64,000 bases of DNA, from NCBI GenBank assembly GCA_965198175.1, contig OZ240245.1, forward strand, positions 1,344,001 through 1,408,000. Reading direction: 5' to 3'. The notes beneath the pieces were generated by a model. That model saw only the letters and a program-made list of their open reading frames with translations. It did not search any database and had not been told where the DNA came from. The position numbers and the translations under genes are program-made. This stretch comes from Candidatus Poribacteria bacterium. GTDB taxonomy: Bacteria; Poribacteria; WGA-4E; PCPOR2b. Positions 59,563 to 64,000 of this stretch are shown piece by piece. How positions within the stretch are numbered: position 1 is the stretch's first letter; every line of letters starts with the position of its first letter.

Positions 59563-60537
59563 ATGCAACAGCAATCGTGGGATGATTTGCAGCCGTATAT
59601 TCGGCTCATCACCACTAAACGTGTTTTTTGGCTCATTCTTATTGTGATCGCCGTCGCTGCAGCCGCAACGAGTTTCTACACCGTTGCAGCCGATGAGGAA
59701 GGCGTCGTGCTCCGGTTTGGAGAGTACGTCAGATCTGTCCCGCCGGGGCTGCACTTCAAGGCGCCGTTCGGAATTGAAAAAGCAGTGGGCGTCCCGGTCC
59801 GAAAAGTATTTAAAGAGGAATTCGGATTTCGCACACTTCGCGCAGGCGTCCGTACCCAATATGATACCCGAGATTATCCGGAGGAATCTGTTCTGTTAAC
59901 GGGCGATCTCAATATTGCCGATGTGGAATGGGTTGTTCAATATCGAATTGCTGAACCCCAAAAATTCCTGTTTAAGATCCGCGACGCTAAACAAGCCTTG
60001 CGCGATCTCTCTGAAGCTGTTATGAGCATTGTTGTCGGTGACCGCACTGTCACAGAGGTGCTTACCGTCGGACGTGAAGAGATTGCAATGGCCGTCAAAC
60101 AAAATCTACAGGAGTTATTGGACCTGTACAACACCGGTTTATACATTGAAAACGTCACCTTGCAAGATGTGAATCCGCCGGAAACCGTGAAACCCGCTTT
60201 TAATGAAGTCAATGAGGCGAAGCAAGAGAAGGAGCGGTTGATTAACGAAGCCTTGCGTGATTACAACGAATCCGTTCCCAGAGCCAAGGGGCTCGCATTA
60301 CAACAGATTTCCGAGGCAGAGGGTTATGCCCTGAAACGTGTGAATGAGGCAACAGGGGACGCGAATCGATTCAACTCGATTCGGCAGGAATACCAAGGTG
60401 CTAAAGATGTGACCCGCCGCAGACTCTACCTCGAAACGATGAGCGAGATTCTGCCGAAAGTCAAGGAGATTTATATCATTGACGATGAATCGAACAGCCC
60501 CATTCCCATTCTGCAACTGGGACAATCAGGGAAATGA
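59563..60537 (+). CDS. hflK: FtsH modulator HflK
   Basis: SPFH domain, LTGDLNIADV.W.VQYRI, VNPP..V..AF..V, TRRRLYLETM. Confidence 0.92.
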   Translation: MQQQSWDDLQPYIRLITTKRVFWLILIVIAVAAAATSFYTVAADEEGVVLRFGEYVRSVPPGLHFKAPFGIEKAVGVPVRKVFKEEFGFRTLRAGVRTQYDTRDYPEESVLLTGDLNIADVEWVVQYRIAEPQKFLFKIRDAKQALRDLSEAVMSIVVGDRTVTEVLTVGREEIAMAVKQNLQELLDLYNTGLYIENVTLQDVNPPETVKPAFNEVNEAKQEKERLINEALRDYNESVPRAKGLALQQISEAEGYALKRVNEATGDANRFNSIRQEYQGAKDVTRRRLYLETMSEILPKVKEIYIIDDESNSPIPILQLGQSGK

Positions 60538-60620
60538 GAAAATCGGAAGATTGAAAATCGCAATAATCTTCACGAATTGATTCTCAGCCACACGACACAA
60601 TTCACGAAAGGAAATCCGCA

Positions 60621-61589
60621 ATGAATGCAAAAATTTTGATACCGTTAATCATAATCGTTGTAATCGCAATGTTTTTCGCCCCATCCATGTTCTATATTGT
60701 CCGAGAAGGTGAACAGGTAGTGATTACTGAATTCGGTCGTCCGATTGGCGAACCCATTAACCGCGCTGGTCTAAAAATGAAAACCCCATTCATACAGAAA
60801 GTCCACCGTTTCGAGATACGTATCCTCGAATGGGATGGCTCACCGAACCAGATCACGACCAAGGACAAAAGATTCATCAGGCTGGATACCACAGCACGGT
60901 GGCGCATCAATGATGCGCTCACATTTTACCAAGCCCTCGGCACAGAGGACTCCGCTCAATCCCGTCTGGACGACATTATCGATTCGGCTGCCCGAGATTT
61001 GGTGACGGGGCAACTGTTAATCGAAGTTGTGCGCGATTCGAATCGTGTCATTGAAATGAATCTTGAAGAACAGGACGCAGAAGAGGGCGGTGGTAGTGCT
61101 GAACCTCTAGAGTCGATTGCGGTTGGAAGGGAAAAAGTTGCGCAAATGATCCTTGAAAAAGCGCAGCAGGGCTTACCCGATAAATTCGGCATTGAACTCA
61201 TTGATGTGCGGATTAAGCGGATTAACTATGTAAAGGAAGTCCAAGAGAAAGTCTTTGCCCGCATGATTTCCGAACGGAAGCGAATCGCCGCAAAGTATAG
61301 ATCGGAAGGCGAAGGAGAAGCCGCGGATATCAATGGTCAAAAACAGAAGGAACTGGAGCGCATTCAGTCTGAAGCCTATAAGCAGGCTGAAGAACTTAAA
61401 GGAAACGCCGATGCCGAAGCCATACAAATTTATGCGCAGGCACACGGCAGAGATTCTGAGTTTTATGCCTTTCTCCAGACCTTGGAAACCTACCGCGCAA
61501 CGACTACTGAGAACACCAGGCTCTTCATGTCGACCGATAGCGATCTCTACAGGTATTTCAAAAAAAGTGGTATACAAAACCGACGATAG
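60621..61589 (+). CDS. hflC: FtsH modulator HflC
   Basis: DVRIKRI, RMISERKRIA..YRSEG, FYAF..TLE.Y. Confidence 0.92.
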   Translation: MNAKILIPLIIIVVIAMFFAPSMFYIVREGEQVVITEFGRPIGEPINRAGLKMKTPFIQKVHRFEIRILEWDGSPNQITTKDKRFIRLDTTARWRINDALTFYQALGTEDSAQSRLDDIIDSAARDLVTGQLLIEVVRDSNRVIEMNLEEQDAEEGGGSAEPLESIAVGREKVAQMILEKAQQGLPDKFGIELIDVRIKRINYVKEVQEKVFARMISERKRIAAKYRSEGEGEAADINGQKQKELERIQSEAYKQAEELKGNADAEAIQIYAQAHGRDSEFYAFLQTLETYRATTTENTRLFMSTDSDLYRYFKKSGIQNRR

Positions 61590-61668
61590 TCGTTAAACTG
61601 CAACCTGCGTAGATGATGCCTTTTCCCTTAATTTCACTCAGCGCCGCTCCACCCCGCCATACAAAGAT

Positions 61669-61704
61669 TCTCCCCTTTAGTAAAGGAGAGTAAGAAGGGG
61701 TATT
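61669..61704. repeat. CCCCTTT..AAAGGAG-type intergenic palindrome
   Basis: TCTCCCCTTTAGTAAAGGAGAGTAAGAAGGGGTATT. Confidence 0.45.
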
Positions 61705-61800
61705 GCGCAAAGGTTGGACAGGCGTTTCCTGATTTTCCTTGCGTCTATTTTGGAAGCCTTGTGGTAACTTATCCCGACAAATAATTGAGGTTGATGGAGA

Positions 61801-62742
61801 ATGATTCAATCCCTTCCTTTATATGAAACCGACGATGAATCGGCATGTAGGACAAGTAAAGTGTCCGTCCGGCACTCGTCCAAGCAACGCCATCCGCCCT
61901 GGATTCGAGCGCGGATTCCAGTGGGACCCAACTATGCGGATCTCAAGGCGATGATGCGCGACTTAGAGCTCCACTCGGTTTGCGAGGAAGCACGCTGTCC
62001 CAATATCGGTGAGTGCTGGGAAAATCGAACGGCAACCTTTATGATATTGGGGGATGTCTGCACCCGTCGCTGTATGTTTTGCGCAGTCACCAAAGGCAAA
62101 CCGACGGGGGTAGACCTCGATGAACCCCGCCGCATCGGGGAGGCGGTCGCCTATCTGAAGCTCAAGCATGTCGTCATCACCTCAGTCAACCGCGACGATC
62201 AGGAGGATGGCGGCGCAAGTATCTTCGCCGCATGCATCCGAGAGGCGCGCGGCAATAACCCCGATTGCACCGTTGAAGTGCTAATCCCAGACCTCGAAGG
62301 CAATTGGGACGCATTAGCCGTTATCGTGCAGGCGAAACCCAATGTGCTCAATCATAACACCGAAACGGTACCGCGCCTCTATCGACGAGCGCGTCCCCAG
62401 GCTGACTATCAACGCTCCTTAGACCTCTTGCGCATCAGCAAGGAGGTTGACAGAACAATCCTCACCAAATCAGGATTGATGGTTGGCTTAGGCGAAACCG
62501 ACACCGAATTATTGCAGACCATGCAGGATATTCGCCATGCCAATTGTGACATCTTGACCATCGGGCAGTACCTCGCTCCAACCGCACGACACCTTCCGAT
62601 TAAACGGTATTACACGCCAGATGAATTCAATGTGCTAAAGGTGGCAGGCATGAACATGGGATACCGCCATGTGGAGTCGGGTCCGTTGGTGCGAAGCTCT
62701 TACCACGCGGGGGAACAGGCGGCGTTATCGATTAGCATCTGA
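61801..62742 (+). CDS. lipA: lipoyl synthase
   Basis: CEEARCPNIGEC, CTRRCMFC, RSSYHA. Confidence 0.97.
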   Translation: MIQSLPLYETDDESACRTSKVSVRHSSKQRHPPWIRARIPVGPNYADLKAMMRDLELHSVCEEARCPNIGECWENRTATFMILGDVCTRRCMFCAVTKGKPTGVDLDEPRRIGEAVAYLKLKHVVITSVNRDDQEDGGASIFAACIREARGNNPDCTVEVLIPDLEGNWDALAVIVQAKPNVLNHNTETVPRLYRRARPQADYQRSLDLLRISKEVDRTILTKSGLMVGLGETDTELLQTMQDIRHANCDILTIGQYLAPTARHLPIKRYYTPDEFNVLKVAGMNMGYRHVESGPLVRSSYHAGEQAALSISI

Positions 62743-62842
62743 GTTTAGGAATCCCAGAAAAGCCGATACTGCGTGGGATGCTTCAGTTTCCGGCGAGTTT
62801 GGGTTGGCACGTTTGAGATATGGAATGACATGGAATTATCGC

Positions 62843-62871
62843 TTGACTAAATTTCCCACTTCCGCTATGAT
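62843..62871 (+). promoter_or_regulatory. sigma70 promoter upstream of LamG gene
   Basis: TTGACT-17-TATGAT. Confidence 0.6.
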
Positions 62872-63060
62872 AGGAACCCATTCGTCAAATCTTGAAGTGA
62901 CTAGTGCTGTACGTCAATGTTATCATCGGATAACGCAATGTTAGAATCTGTCCTCAATGTCTCGGATTCTCAGCCGGATTTAAAATCCAAATTGTTGGCA
63001 AGGTACAGTTTCGGTTTCCATTGCGATTTAACCTAAGTTGGCAAAAAAGGAGGCTTCCAA

Positions 63061-63903
63061 ATGTTTCGTTTTTTCACACTCACACTTATAGTGGTCTTTG
63101 CCGTTTTGGTCATGCCGAGCCTCGCATCGGCAGCGCTGACCGACGGCTTGATTTCAGTCTGGAACTTTGACGATGAATCCGCAAACGACGCGCTTGGTCG
63201 TAACGATGGCATACTTAGGGGTGGCGCGGCGTTCTCGGACGGTCAGAGCGGCAAGGCGGTCGATCTCAACGGAGTCGATGCCTTTGTCGAAGTTCCCCAC
63301 AGCGATTCAATGAACGGTCTCGAAAATGTTTTCAGCGTCTCCGCTTGGGCGTTCTTCCGGGAGCCCGGCAATTTCGTTGGCATTGTCTGGAAAGGAAGGC
63401 AAGTTGGCTGGGCAGCCGGATTTACGTTTGAAATCGTAAGCCTCGCAAACAGGAACCCGGAGTTGATGGGTTGGGGCGCTTGTACTGCGGATACCGAAGG
63501 GTGGTATCATTCGCTGCACCCCCATCATCAAACTTGGTTTCACGTGGCGCAAATCGCGGACGGTGAAGAACTCCGATCCTATTTTAACGGTGAGCTCGTA
63601 GAAGTGCCTCACGCGGGCGAAACTTGGCTCGGGGAAGCCGGTGTCGGTAAAGTGCCGCAGACGCTCGCCGCACCCTACGCACTCTTCCCTGACCAGCCAA
63701 TCCGCATGGGAATGAGTCAAGGGCTAAATAACAACCTAGACACCAAGACTTTTATGGACGGACTCGTTGACGAGGTGATGCTGTGGGACCGTGCGCTCTC
63801 AGAAGATGAGGTCAATCAGGTCATGCGGGGCGAGGTTGTCGCAGTCGAACCGAAGAACAAACTCGCTGTCACCTGGGCAAAGCTCAAATCGCAGCGTCCT
63901 TAG
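63061..63903 (+). CDS. secreted LamG/concanavalin-like protein with Poribacteria-type C-terminal motif
   Basis: Signal peptide, WNFDD, FSVSAW, WFHVA, GLVDEV.LWDRALS; ends AVEPKNKLAVTWAKLK. Confidence 0.88.
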   Translation: MFRFFTLTLIVVFAVLVMPSLASAALTDGLISVWNFDDESANDALGRNDGILRGGAAFSDGQSGKAVDLNGVDAFVEVPHSDSMNGLENVFSVSAWAFFREPGNFVGIVWKGRQVGWAAGFTFEIVSLANRNPELMGWGACTADTEGWYHSLHPHHQTWFHVAQIADGEELRSYFNGELVEVPHAGETWLGEAGVGKVPQTLAAPYALFPDQPIRMGMSQGLNNNLDTKTFMDGLVDEVMLWDRALSEDEVNQVMRGEVVAVEPKNKLAVTWAKLKSQRP

Positions 63904-63941
63904 TGTGTTGAACGTCTAATTTGATAAGGAGGTTATACACG

Positions 63942-64000
63942 ATGAGAACGATGTTTCATTTCACCGCGATTGTCATTTGTTCGCTTGTCATTCATCTGAG
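63942..64000 (+). CDS. start of a secreted protein (runs off window)
   Basis: AAGGAGG RBS, MRTMFHFTAIVICSLV signal-like start. Confidence 0.55.
   Translation, partial: MRTMFHFTAIVICSLVIHL

Overview
Bacterial chromosomal window, most likely Candidatus Poribacteria or a relative. This is an inference from LamG/TolB/WD40 secreted proteins sharing a C-terminal 'V.P..K...TW..LK' motif, 'NPFNPETW' FlgD-type tails and DUF6785 membrane paralogues. 0-13.6 kb is an eroding catabolic region: intact rfbD, VOC, ROK, two Zn-dehydrogenase, TolB-like and PhyH genes sit among pseudogenes that are often deletion chimeras. 13.7-34 kb is mostly core: uvrC, groES/EL with an apparent sigma54 promoter and enhancer boxes, tRNA-Gly/Cys/Val, thrS, cysteine desulfurase, RluA-family synthase, a sigma54 activator with a non-phosphorylatable receiver, a LarA-family gene and a Tat-exported PaoABC-like molybdoenzyme operon. 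34-45 kb is accessory: WD40, ankyrin, IS1/IS3 scars, a DUF2946-like CxxC/RAPP leader ORF before a His-rich lipoprotein, and a restriction-modification island with a decayed duplicate and a TGTGATA array. 45-64 kb holds recQ, GT2, a second DUF6785, an M23 peptidase, an RRM protein, a divergent sigma70, queF, a three-gene type IX secretion-like module (CTD cargo, PorV-like barrel, Asp-rich outer-membrane protein), hflKC, lipA and a LamG protein. No rRNA or CRISPR array was seen. All family assignments come from motif recognition by eye, not database searches.
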